A stretch of 15,444 nucleotides of DNA from a candidate division FCPU426 bacterium (lineage in GTDB: Bacteria > Oederibacteriota > Muellerivitia > Muellerivitales > Muellerivitaceae): NCBI GenBank assembly GCA_963830915.1, contig CAWHOE010000013.1, positions 1 through 15,444 of the forward strand. The letters are read 5' to 3'. Shown here one piece after another: positions 6,229 to 14,402 of this stretch. Position numbers and translations under genes: made by a program. Each line of letters opens with the position of its first letter. Within the stretch, counting starts at the first letter, position 1. The notes under the pieces are model-generated. The model was not told the origin of the DNA. It saw only the letters and a program-made list of their open reading frames with translations, and did no database searches.

Positions 6229-8139
6229 CTAATGTGAGAAGAAGTCCGGCAGGGCGGTCGTCAGGAACGGGATGTAGGTGATGGCGATGACCATCGCGTA
6301 CAAAATGATCAACATGGGCAATACCGCTTTATAGACCTCGACCATGGGTTTCTTGAAACGGTAGGAAAACAGGAACAGGTTCAAGCCCAGGGGCGGCGTC
6401 AGGAACCCCAGCTCCATATTGGCCAGGAAGATGATGCCCATATGGACCGGGTTCACATGGAAAGCGTCGGCCATCGGCGTCAACAACGGCACCACCACCA
6501 CGATGGCGGCGAAGATCTCCAACAATCCCCCCACGAACAACAGCATCACGTTCACCATCAATAGGAACAACCATTGGGAATGGACCGTGTCACCGACCCA
6601 TTGGGCCAGTTTGGCCGGTATCTGGGCGTCCACCATGTCGTTGGTGAATCCCAGCGACACGCCCAGGATCAGAAGGACGCCGCCTACCAGGATGCCGCAC
6701 TCGGTGATGACGGTCGGGATGAACTTGATCTTCAGGTCTCGGTAGAGGAAGACCTCGATGACGAAGGCGTAAAGGGCGGTCAGGGCCGCCGATTCCACCA
6801 GGGTGACTTTCACCACGAACAGGAAAAGGAACACGACCAAGGGAAGGGCCAGTTCCCACTTGGCATCCCAGACCGAATCCAGGGCTTCACGGGCCTTGAA
6901 GGGATGTTTGGCGGCCTGTTCCTTCGACCCTTTCGAGACGCCCCAAATGGCGGTGATGAAGAGAAGAAGGAATCCCGGCAGGATGCCTCCCAGGAAAAGT
7001 TTATCGATGGGTGTGTGGGACACGACCCCGTAAAGGATGACGGGCAAACTGGGAGGAAAGAGCATTCCCAGGGAGCCGGCCGAGGTCAGAAGGCCCAGGG
7101 AGTTGCGCTCCGTGTATTTTTCCGCGATGAGGATAGGCATCAGCAATCCGCCCAGGGCCAGGATGGTGACGCCCGACCCGCCGGTGAAACAGGTGAAGAA
7201 CGCGCAGACCAGGCAGGTCACGATGGCCGGGCCGCCCTTCATGGACCCGAAGAGAGCCTGGAAAACCCGAAGCAACCGTTTGGACGCCCCGCCTTCGGCC
7301 AGGAAATAGCCCGTCAGGGTGAACAACGGGATGGTCGGGATGGTGGGAGAGACCACCATGCGGTAAGTCTCGGCCGGGATGGAGTCGATCGGCGTGTCGG
7401 AATTCCAAAGGAAGATCAGGGCCGCTCCGCCCAGCGCCACGAAAACCGGGGCGCCCAGGACCACGGCGGCCAGAAGGACGATGAAGGCGAATATGATGAA
7501 AGTCTCGGAAGGGCTGTGGATGAGGGGCCCCAGGCTGGCCAATCCGGCCGCTACCAACAGGGTGGCTAGTCTGATGAGCCATTGATTGGAAGAACGCCAG
7601 ATCAACCGGAGCAGGATTAGGCTGAAACCGAAGGGCAGGAAAAAGAGCGGGATCCACTTGGGGATGCCGCAAGCGATGATGGAGCCGACTTCCCGCTCGA
7701 TCATGGCGAACCCGAAACTGGCCTTAGCCAGGTATAAGGTGATGGCGGCCGCGAATCCGGAAGTCAGGACACGAGTGAGCGTCTTGTACTGATCCGGAAT
7801 AAGACTGGAAGTAGAGGAGAGGGCCAAGAGCTTGCCCTCGCGCGCGGCGATGGCTCCCCCGAACATCATGATGGCCAGGACGGTATGCTGGACCAGAGTG
7901 AGTGACCCGGGAACGATGTTGGCGGGAATGATGGAAAAATAAGGGTTCAGCTTTCGGCCCAGGATATCCAAAAGAGGAAGCACCATCATGAAGCCGAAGA
8001 AGAAGGTCAACAGCAGGTTCTCAGGGTAATGCCAGAAAGCCTTGGGGGTGGGAAGGTCCCCTCCCGGATGATCCATCACCAAACCCGCTTCCAAAGGCGG
8101 CTCAGGCTGGTGTTTGGACTGGGACCTTTTCTGGGGCAT
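6229..8139 (-). CDS. TRAP transporter fused small+large permease (DctQ-DctM)
   Basis: 636 aa and highly hydrophobic. N-terminal DctQ-like part (GGAIAAREGK, GIPKW). DctM motifs IPLFTLTGYFL, FTGGSGVT, GSLGMLFPPS and ELGFLTPPLGLNLF. Start overlaps the dctP stop (TAATG). Confidence 0.93.
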   Translation of the reverse strand: MPQKRSQSKHQPEPPLEAGLVMDHPGGDLPTPKAFWHYPENLLLTFFFGFMMVLPLLDILGRKLNPYFSIIPANIVPGSLTLVQHTVLAIMMFGGAIAAREGKLLALSSTSSLIPDQYKTLTRVLTSGFAAAITLYLAKASFGFAMIEREVGSIIACGIPKWIPLFFLPFGFSLILLRLIWRSSNQWLIRLATLLVAAGLASLGPLIHSPSETFIIFAFIVLLAAVVLGAPVFVALGGAALIFLWNSDTPIDSIPAETYRMVVSPTIPTIPLFTLTGYFLAEGGASKRLLRVFQALFGSMKGGPAIVTCLVCAFFTCFTGGSGVTILALGGLLMPILIAEKYTERNSLGLLTSAGSLGMLFPPSLPVILYGVVSHTPIDKLFLGGILPGFLLLFITAIWGVSKGSKEQAAKHPFKAREALDSVWDAKWELALPLVVFLFLFVVKVTLVESAALTALYAFVIEVFLYRDLKIKFIPTVITECGILVGGVLLILGVSLGFTNDMVDAQIPAKLAQWVGDTVHSQWLFLLMVNVMLLFVGGLLEIFAAIVVVVPLLTPMADAFHVNPVHMGIIFLANMELGFLTPPLGLNLFLFSYRFKKPMVEVYKAVLPMLIILYAMVIAITYIPFLTTALPDFFSH

Positions 8140-9158
8140 TATTTGGCTACCTTGGCCCGGTACTCATCGCGGTATTTCATGGCTTCATTGAGGATGTCGC
8201 CTGGCACGATGGTGTCCGCGATCTGGGGATAGACGCTCTCAAAGAGTTTCTGCCATTGGGAGTATTGATCCTCGGTGATCTCATGCACGATCAATCCGTG
8301 TTCCTTCATGACATCGACGGCCTTATCGCTATTCTTGCGGATGTCCAGTTTAAAGGCTTTCCCGGCCTCGGCGGCGGCCTTCAGGATGGCGGGGCGGGAA
8401 GCGGCGGGGACCTTGTTCCAACCATCGGTCGTAATGATCGTGGCGCCGATCAAGGGGCACCAGTTCAATTGGGTCATATGGGGAGCCAGGGCGAACCATT
8501 GGAAAGAAAGGGCCGCGACCGGTGTGGTATCGAAGCAGTTGATGAGCCCTGTTTGAAGATTAGGAAGGATGTCGGTGGCCGACAGAGGGATGGGAGTAAA
8601 CCCGGCCGATTTCCAGATGTTCATCATGTCCGCGTCGTCGCCCCAGATGAAGAACTTCATCTTCTTCAGGTCGTCGGGGGTCAGGATGGGGGTCTTGCCG
8701 AAAAACTGCACCCAACCGGCTTCGCCCCAGTTAAGCACTTTGAACCCCTTGGCTTCCAGACGCTTTTCCAGGATGGGTTGCATCTTGGCCCGCACATAAT
8801 CGCTCTCGGCGTTGTTCTTGTACATCATGGGCAGGGAAAGGACTTCGCAGGCCTTGTCGATCTCAGCCAGGCCAACGACCGTGACCATGCCGACCTGGAT
8901 TTGCTTGGTTCGCATCTTGGTGACGATATCCGGCTCGTCGCCCAATTGTCCGCCGGGATAGACCTGCAATTTGACGCCGGCGGCTTTCCATTTCTCGCCC
9001 ATGTCCTGAAGGATGTTATCCCAGGAGGAATGCTGGGGTGCCAGGGTGCCCAGTTTCAGGGTGACCAGGTCTTCCTGGGCCCGCAAGGACGGCGCGGTCA
9101 GGACGACCGCCGCCATGAAGGCCATGACCGGAACGATTTTTTTCAAGAGATACAACAT
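8139..9158 (-). CDS. dctP: TRAP transporter substrate-binding protein, DctP family (TatP-like)
   Basis: Signal peptide, then LKLGTLAP..SSW, YPGGQLGDE, TPDDLKKMK and LQTGLI. Lies between tatT-like and dctQM. Confidence 0.92.
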   Translation of the reverse strand: MLYLLKKIVPVMAFMAAVVLTAPSLRAQEDLVTLKLGTLAPQHSSWDNILQDMGEKWKAAGVKLQVYPGGQLGDEPDIVTKMRTKQIQVGMVTVVGLAEIDKACEVLSLPMMYKNNAESDYVRAKMQPILEKRLEAKGFKVLNWGEAGWVQFFGKTPILTPDDLKKMKFFIWGDDADMMNIWKSAGFTPIPLSATDILPNLQTGLINCFDTTPVAALSFQWFALAPHMTQLNWCPLIGATIITTDGWNKVPAASRPAILKAAAEAGKAFKLDIRKNSDKAVDVMKEHGLIVHEITEDQYSQWQKLFESVYPQIADTIVPGDILNEAMKYRDEYRAKVAK

Positions 9159-9183
9159 GTGCTTCCCCCTTTGATGCTTCTGA

Positions 9184-10125
9184 TTATTTTACGAAGAACT
9201 TATCCTCATTATCCAACAGCCACTTGGCCCTTTTCTGCGAGATTAGGTTGGCCAGCCGGTCGATGGGGTTCTTGTCCGCGTCGACTTCCAACGCCTTGTT
9301 GAGCATTTCCTCGAACTCTTCCTTATTTTGTTCCTTTTCGGAGACTGCCTCGGCGTAATTTAGGTAAGTTGAGGCTCTCTCACCCTTGTTCAGTTTCAGG
9401 GCCTGGTCGAAGTGTTCCTTGGCTTTCTTGGAGGACCCGCCCATCAGGGCGGGTTTGCCGCCCTCATAAGTAATGAGGAAGTCATGGATGGCGCCCTTAT
9501 CATAATCCGGGTCCAGTTCATAAGCGCGGTAGATCAGGGCCTCGGCCTGGGGCACATCGGCGACCAGTTCCGAATCGTCCTTGCCGATGGAAATGGCGGC
9601 CATCCAGGCCACCCCGGTCCAGTAAAGGGCTTCGACCTCTTCCTTATTCCTCACATTGGCGCAGGTCATCTTGGGGTTGGCCATGATCAGTTGTTTGAAG
9701 TGGTCGTGGCGGGTTTCCAGGGCCCTCAGTCCGTAGTCCCTGGCCCTTATATAAAGGTTCTTGGCCCGGCGGACATCCTCTTTGGACAGGTTGTAATCCT
9801 TATCGGCGATATAGTCGCCGTCGGACTGGACGAAAGCGTAGGCGTATTCGGTGAACCCCTTGCAGGCGGCGGTCAGGAGCCCGAAATGGCGGGGAGTGGC
9901 GGATAGGATGCTTTCCATCAGTTTCAAGCTGAAGGGGATGGCTTCTCGGACGAGCTGGGGATCGTTATCCGAGCTGAAGGTATCCCCTTGCCCGGCCAAG
10001 CTGTCGGCGACCGAATCCACCGCCATGGCCTTGATGAAACAGCCGTTCAATAGGGGAGAAAAGGCCAATAAGAAGAGCAATAGGAAGAAATGTGGTTGTA
10101 CGTTCTTGACCTTGGGAGTGGACAT
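9184..10125 (-). CDS. TRAP transporter TatT-component lipoprotein (TPAT system T component)
   Basis: Lipobox LLNGC after a hydrophobic stretch. DPQLVREAIPFSLKLMES, YAYAFV, RAKNLYIRARDYGLRAL, GGSSKKAKEHFDQAL and NLISQKRAKWLL. TPR-like helices; directly upstream of dctP. Confidence 0.88.
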   Translation of the reverse strand: MSTPKVKNVQPHFFLLLFLLAFSPLLNGCFIKAMAVDSVADSLAGQGDTFSSDNDPQLVREAIPFSLKLMESILSATPRHFGLLTAACKGFTEYAYAFVQSDGDYIADKDYNLSKEDVRRAKNLYIRARDYGLRALETRHDHFKQLIMANPKMTCANVRNKEEVEALYWTGVAWMAAISIGKDDSELVADVPQAEALIYRAYELDPDYDKGAIHDFLITYEGGKPALMGGSSKKAKEHFDQALKLNKGERASTYLNYAEAVSEKEQNKEEFEEMLNKALEVDADKNPIDRLANLISQKRAKWLLDNEDKFFVK

Positions 10126-10177
10126 ATAGGGTTCCTGCCTTCAAAAACTGGTTATTTTTCTCTTAAAACAGTCCACC

Positions 10178-10206
10178 GTTTTACCCCGACTTTAGGGGTG
10201 TGTCAA
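10178..10206 (-). promoter_or_regulatory. Putative sigma70 promoter of the TPAT/TRAP operon
   Basis: Minus strand reads TTGACA-17 nt-TAAAAC, about 50 nt upstream of the tatT-like start. Confidence 0.6.
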
Positions 10207-10323
10207 TACAAGCCCCAACCCGCAAAACGGGGCAATATTGATGAAATAGGGGTTCAAGCCGAAAAGCGAATATGAGAATGGCTTTGGAGGTTCCCAAGAA
10301 ACCACAAGGTACCAGACAAATCT

Positions 10324-11055
10324 TTAACGGCGGCCATGGCTCCGAATGCCGATCGGGCCATTCTTTGTTTGGGCTGCCCGTTTGGCGCATTTTGCCAAGA
10401 TCCGCGCCCGCATTTTTTTCCAATGGGCGAGACGGGCGAGAGCTCGTTTACCGCAGGGCCCCAGGCCGCGGAAAGCGCCCTGGTGGCATTGACAGGTTTG
10501 TCCGGGCGTGACTTGGTGAACGCCATCGCTGGTTTTCGTCTCGACGGTGCCTTCATGGGTAGTGGCTTGCACATCATCGCCGCTCTTTTCGACCTCGAAT
10601 ACCGTTCCCCTGACCCCGCAGACCACGCCTCCCGACTCTATCTCGAAGGAGGATTGGGTAGCGTTCAGGTTCTTTTTGACGTCCGAAAGGACCCGGCCCG
10701 CCAAGAGCATCAAGTGGGTGAGGAATCCTTTGGAGTCATTGGTCTGCAATTGGGAAATGGAAACCTGGCTGCTCTGGGAAAGATGGACCAGTGTCTCCGC
10801 GTTCAGGGAAAGGACCGCTTCGGTATTAGGGCCTACCTTGATTTGGTCGCCCTCTTCCAGGGTTTGCCCCTCAATGGCGTTCGTCCAATCGGTCTGGCCT
10901 TCAATTAAAACCTGTACCGAGCCAGCACCCTGAATGTCCTCCAGGGTATAGGAAATGGAAATGTCCGATTTGGAGGGCTCGATATCATCAGCCCAGAGGG
11001 ACAGGGGCACCGTCGTAAGAAAAAGAATGAGGATAAGGGAAAGTTTATGGAACAT
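10324..11055 (-). CDS. Secreted FecR-domain protein
   Basis: Signal peptide, then LEEGDQIKVGPNTEAVL, LLAGRV, FEIESGGVVCGVRGTVFEV and TTHEGTVE, which match the FecR beta-repeat pattern. Confidence 0.85.
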   Translation of the reverse strand: MFHKLSLILILFLTTVPLSLWADDIEPSKSDISISYTLEDIQGAGSVQVLIEGQTDWTNAIEGQTLEEGDQIKVGPNTEAVLSLNAETLVHLSQSSQVSISQLQTNDSKGFLTHLMLLAGRVLSDVKKNLNATQSSFEIESGGVVCGVRGTVFEVEKSGDDVQATTHEGTVETKTSDGVHQVTPGQTCQCHQGAFRGLGPCGKRALARLAHWKKMRARILAKCAKRAAQTKNGPIGIRSHGRR

Positions 11056-11084
11056 GGGTCACCTCGTGGGATGGAATTAGATGA

Positions 11085-11093
11085 ATTATACCA
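11085..11093 (-). promoter_or_regulatory. Putative extended -10 promoter of the FecR-domain gene
   Basis: Minus strand reads TGgTATAAT, 30 nt upstream of the ATG, with SD GAGGTG between. Confidence 0.6.
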
Positions 11094-11120
11094 TCGAATT
11101 TAGATGATTTTTTCGAAAGG

Positions 11121-11164
11121 AAAAAAAGGCAAAGAAAACGAGCGGTGAAGGACACCGCTCGTTT
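11121..11164 (-). terminator. Intrinsic terminator after the 155-aa secreted-protein gene
   Basis: Perfect 12-bp inverted repeat AAACGAGCGGTG-aagga-CACCGCTCGTTT (11136-11164), followed on the minus strand by U-rich sequence. Confidence 0.8.
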
Positions 11165-11184
11165 AGTAAAAAACCCAATAAAAC

Positions 11185-11652
11185 CTAGTTTGCCGCGGGC
11201 GCGGGGGTGGATGAGGTTTCCGGTGTGGATGCCGCATCAGGGGCGGACCCGGCGGTAGTTGTATCCGCTCCCGCTTGTTTCTCCCCCGCGATGGCTTTGG
11301 AATTATCATCCAGCATCTGATTCAATTGAGTGTATTGCTCTTCCGTCAACTCGGTCTTGTTGTTCTCTTGGATATCGGCCTTCATCTGGTCCCGAACGGC
11401 CGCTACCTTCGAACGTAAATCCTTAGCCTCATCCTGGGTGAGCTTCTTGGAAGCGACTCCCTCCTGGATGCGTTTCATTTGTTCCTGAAGGCGTCCTCGA
11501 ATTTCCTTGATCCGGGGGTGTTTCACTCCAGCCTTCATCACTGGTTGGGCAACGGGGGTGGAACTATCAGCGGGTGTGGCATCCTGCGCCACGGAAAGAC
11601 CAACCATACCGACCAAAAACAATGCGGACATCAACAAACTGGACCATTTCAT
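11185..11652 (-). CDS. Secreted hypothetical protein: helical charged core with Ala/Pro/Thr/Ser-rich tails
   Basis: SD GGAGG, signal peptide ending SVA-Q, two related helical segments (KLTQDEAKDL and ELTEEQYTQL) and its own terminator. Confidence 0.8.
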   Translation of the reverse strand: MKWSSLLMSALFLVGMVGLSVAQDATPADSSTPVAQPVMKAGVKHPRIKEIRGRLQEQMKRIQEGVASKKLTQDEAKDLRSKVAAVRDQMKADIQENNKTELTEEQYTQLNQMLDDNSKAIAGEKQAGADTTTAGSAPDAASTPETSSTPAPAAN

Positions 11653-11703
11653 AACAACCTCCCCAAAGGATTTAACAACCCAACGGGTTCGAACCGTTTG
11701 AAA

Positions 11704-11731
11704 TTAGACGGGGAAGGGATGATGAAAGTTG
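11704..11731 (-). promoter_or_regulatory. Putative ECF (RpoE-like) sigma promoter
   Basis: Minus strand reads CAACTT-16 nt-GTCTAA, about 50 nt upstream of the 11652 start. Confidence 0.5.
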
Positions 11732-11780
11732 TGTTAAATCGGATGATTCTTTTGGGAAAGGAGTAGGGTCGATGGGGGAC

Positions 11781-11823
11781 AAAAAAAAGAACGGCCCCAA
11801 ACCCGAAAGGGAAGGAGCCGTTC
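11781..11823 (-). terminator. Intrinsic terminator after the 67-aa gene
   Basis: Minus strand reads GAACGGCTCC-tt-CCC-tttc-GGG-ttt-GGGGCCGTTC followed by T8. Confidence 0.8.
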
Positions 11824-11862
11824 CAATGAACCTTAAATTACTTCGATGCTCAAACCAACCAA

Positions 11863-12066
11863 TTACTTGGCGGCGGGAGCGGTCGAATCAGCCGGAGCGG
11901 TAGTCGCAGCGGCGGCTTTCTTCTTAGCGTGGTGTTTCTTCTTGGCCTTGTGCTTCGCGGTGGTCTTGGCCGGGGCGGGAGCCGCGGTCGAATCATCAGC
12001 CTTCGCGAAACCGTAAGTCGCGGTCAAAAACAACACTGACAAAACCATTACTAAAGTCTTTTTCAT
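11863..12066 (-). CDS. Small secreted Lys/His/Ala-rich low-complexity protein (compositionally Asr-like)
   Basis: SD AAGGAGG, signal peptide ending AKA-D, mature part with KHKAKKKHHAKKK flanked by Ala/Pro/Thr, and a downstream terminator. Confidence 0.8.
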   Translation of the reverse strand: MKKTLVMVLSVLFLTATYGFAKADDSTAAPAPAKTTAKHKAKKKHHAKKKAAAATTAPADSTAPAAK

Positions 12067-12214
12067 GAAATAACCCTCCTTGGTGGGTGAAAAAGTACTT
12101 GTATCCTATCATTCGACCGGGAACCCGCCTATGTAAAACGAGCACGTTTTTCCTTAAACTTTGATGGTTTTAGGCGTTCGTTTTCCTAAAAAGAAAAACA
12201 AATATTCAAGGTCG

Positions 12215-12243
12215 TTGACAATTAACCGACCGGTAGGTAAGTT
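12215..12243 (+). promoter_or_regulatory. Sigma70 promoter with overlapping palindromic operator for the TetR-efflux operon
   Basis: TTGACA (12215-12220)-17 nt-TAAGTT (12238-12243). The imperfect palindrome ACC-g-ACCGGT-a-GGT at 12225-12238 lies in the spacer. Confidence 0.75.
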
Positions 12244-12251
12244 TATCGCCC

Positions 12252-12860
12252 ATGGCAAATATATTGAATAAACAAAAACATGACGACCAAAAAACGAAAT
12301 TCCTGGCCCGGGCCCGGCATCTCTTCGCGACCCACGGGGTCCAAGAAACCAGCATGGCCCAGATCGCCAAGGCCTGCAAGGTGACCAAGGCCGCGCTCTA
12401 TCACTACTTCAAAAGCAAGGACGCGATCTTGAAGGAGATCTTCACGTCCCATGCCGAGAGCAAGGATGTCGCCGAATTGTTGAAACAGACCAAGGACATA
12501 GAGGAATGTCTTTATATGCTTGGAAAGAACCATCTCTTGGAAATGACCCAACCGGACCATGTGGAGTTGATGAAGATCATGTTGAGCGAGACCATGAAAA
12601 ATCCCGAGATGAGGAAATTTTACATCCATTTCATTACTGAACATCTCACTGCGCTTGTAAAAGATAGTCTTGTCCCAAGGGTAAAAGTACCCAAATCTGA
12701 AAAAGAGATCGGCATGCTCTTTTTCCAGTTCTTCGCCAGCCTGATGCATTACTCCTGGCACCAAATGATGGTGGGGGATATCACGCCGTTGATCGGGGAC
12801 GGGGAAACTTTTGTCAGAACACTGGCCAAGACATATTCGAAGGTTTTCCAAGCCGAGTAG
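12252..12860 (+). CDS. TetR/AcrR family transcriptional regulator
   Basis: HTH region ARHLFATHGVQETSMAQIAKACKVTKAALYHYFKSKD; 202 aa; upstream of efflux genes. Confidence 0.95.
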   Translation: MANILNKQKHDDQKTKFLARARHLFATHGVQETSMAQIAKACKVTKAALYHYFKSKDAILKEIFTSHAESKDVAELLKQTKDIEECLYMLGKNHLLEMTQPDHVELMKIMLSETMKNPEMRKFYIHFITEHLTALVKDSLVPRVKVPKSEKEIGMLFFQFFASLMHYSWHQMMVGDITPLIGDGETFVRTLAKTYSKVFQAE

Positions 12861-12938
12861 ACCGGATCGCTGGAATGATTTTTTGTTCGTCGCGCAGATC
12901 GAAATTAAGTTGGAAAGAAACGTTCGAGAGGAAACGAC

Positions 12939-14402
12939 ATGAAGAGGGAAATACTACTAGCCTTGACCATCCTGATGGGACTATCGACCGCGGCTTGGGG
13001 ACAGACCAAACTTTCACTGACCGACTATCTGGCCCAAGTCAAAAGCCAGGGCACGAACTATCAGGCGGCCCAAGCTCAGGCGGAAGGTTACGAGAAACAA
13101 TCCCATCAGATGGACCTGACCTATTCCCCCCAATTGTTGATCGGTTACAACCATTTGGACGATCAATCCCAACAACCAAGTTTTCTTTCCACCACCCGCA
13201 CTTTGGCGGATACGGCGGGCGTATCACTGGTGGACAAGCTCCCTTTTGGCCCATCGATCTCCGTGGGTTACGCTTTCAACGACTTGAACCTCACCTATTC
13301 GCCTCAATTGATCGCTCTTGCCGGCGGTAACGCTTCCGAGGCCTTTATCAGTTCTTATTACCAACTTTCCCCGGTCGTATCTTTATCCATTCCCTTGGTC
13401 AAGGATTTCGGCGGGGCACAGACCAGCGCTGGCGTGAAGGCCGTTCAATATGGGTTGGAGTCCGCCCAGAAACTTTCAGCTTTCCAAAGGGACGGGGTCC
13501 TGTTCAACGCCAAAGTCGCTTATTGGGGCCTGGCGTTGGCCCGCGCGGAAGTGGATATCCGCAAGGACACCTTGGACCGGAACCAAAAGATCTGGGATTG
13601 GACCAAACACCGGGTGGCGCGCAACCTGGCCGACCCGCCGGACGCCTTGCAGGCCGAAGCCTCGGTGAGGCAGGCCGAACTGGACCTGCAGACGGCCTTG
13701 AACACCGAGCGATCCGCGCGCCTGAACCTGAACCGTTACCGTAATACGGCCACGGAAGAGGTGCCGGAGCAGTTGGAGGCCCTGGAAGATTCGCTGGCCG
13801 AGGAAAAAGTCGATATCCCCGCGAAGATCCCCGAACGGGTCGACTTGCAGGCGATCGAGGACCTGACCCAGGAAAAAAAGGCCAACTATGACCAGACCTA
13901 CCAAAATATCTATCCCGATATCACGGCCATCGCTTCCTGGCGGGGCAACGGTTTGGATCCCAATTTCGCGACCGCAAACAGTACAGCCTTCAGCACCGAC
14001 CATCCCACCTGGATGCTGGGAGCCCAGTTCAATCTTTCATTGGACGTCTTCACCGCTGAACGGACGGCGGAAGGGTATCAAAAGGAATACGATAGTTCGA
14101 TCCTGAACCTTCAGGACAAGCGGTTGGCGGTGGACCAGGAATGGAGGGACATCCAGGACCGGTTAGCCGACGTGGACAAACGTCTCGCCATGGCCGCCGA
14201 GATCGAGTCCCTGCAGAAACGCAACGCCGACGAGGAAAAGAATCAACTGGCCCTGGGCCGGACGACCCAGTTCCAGCTTCTTTCGATCGAGAACGAATAT
14301 TCCTTGTCCCGCTTGAGCCGGCTTTCTTTGGTCGCGGAAAAGCTAGGCCTTTTAGCCCAGGCCCAATGGTGGCTCTCGACGGATAAGGGAGAATCCAAGT
14401 GA
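12939..14402 (+). CDS. TolC-family outer membrane efflux protein
   Basis: Signal peptide, two repeated OEP-like halves (LSIPL...AYWGLAL and FNLSL...ALGRTTQFQLL), 487 aa, coupled to the RND gene. Confidence 0.88.
   Translation: MKREILLALTILMGLSTAAWGQTKLSLTDYLAQVKSQGTNYQAAQAQAEGYEKQSHQMDLTYSPQLLIGYNHLDDQSQQPSFLSTTRTLADTAGVSLVDKLPFGPSISVGYAFNDLNLTYSPQLIALAGGNASEAFISSYYQLSPVVSLSIPLVKDFGGAQTSAGVKAVQYGLESAQKLSAFQRDGVLFNAKVAYWGLALARAEVDIRKDTLDRNQKIWDWTKHRVARNLADPPDALQAEASVRQAELDLQTALNTERSARLNLNRYRNTATEEVPEQLEALEDSLAEEKVDIPAKIPERVDLQAIEDLTQEKKANYDQTYQNIYPDITAIASWRGNGLDPNFATANSTAFSTDHPTWMLGAQFNLSLDVFTAERTAEGYQKEYDSSILNLQDKRLAVDQEWRDIQDRLADVDKRLAMAAEIESLQKRNADEEKNQLALGRTTQFQLLSIENEYSLSRLSRLSLVAEKLGLLAQAQWWLSTDKGESK

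Noticed and set aside
6574..9302. Long + strand ORFs (331 aa and 348 aa) over the TRAP genes, and similar antisense ORFs at 3917-4780, 12243-12851 and 14243-15307
   Set aside because: These are shadow ORFs antisense to well-supported genes in GC-rich DNA and show no recognisable motifs.
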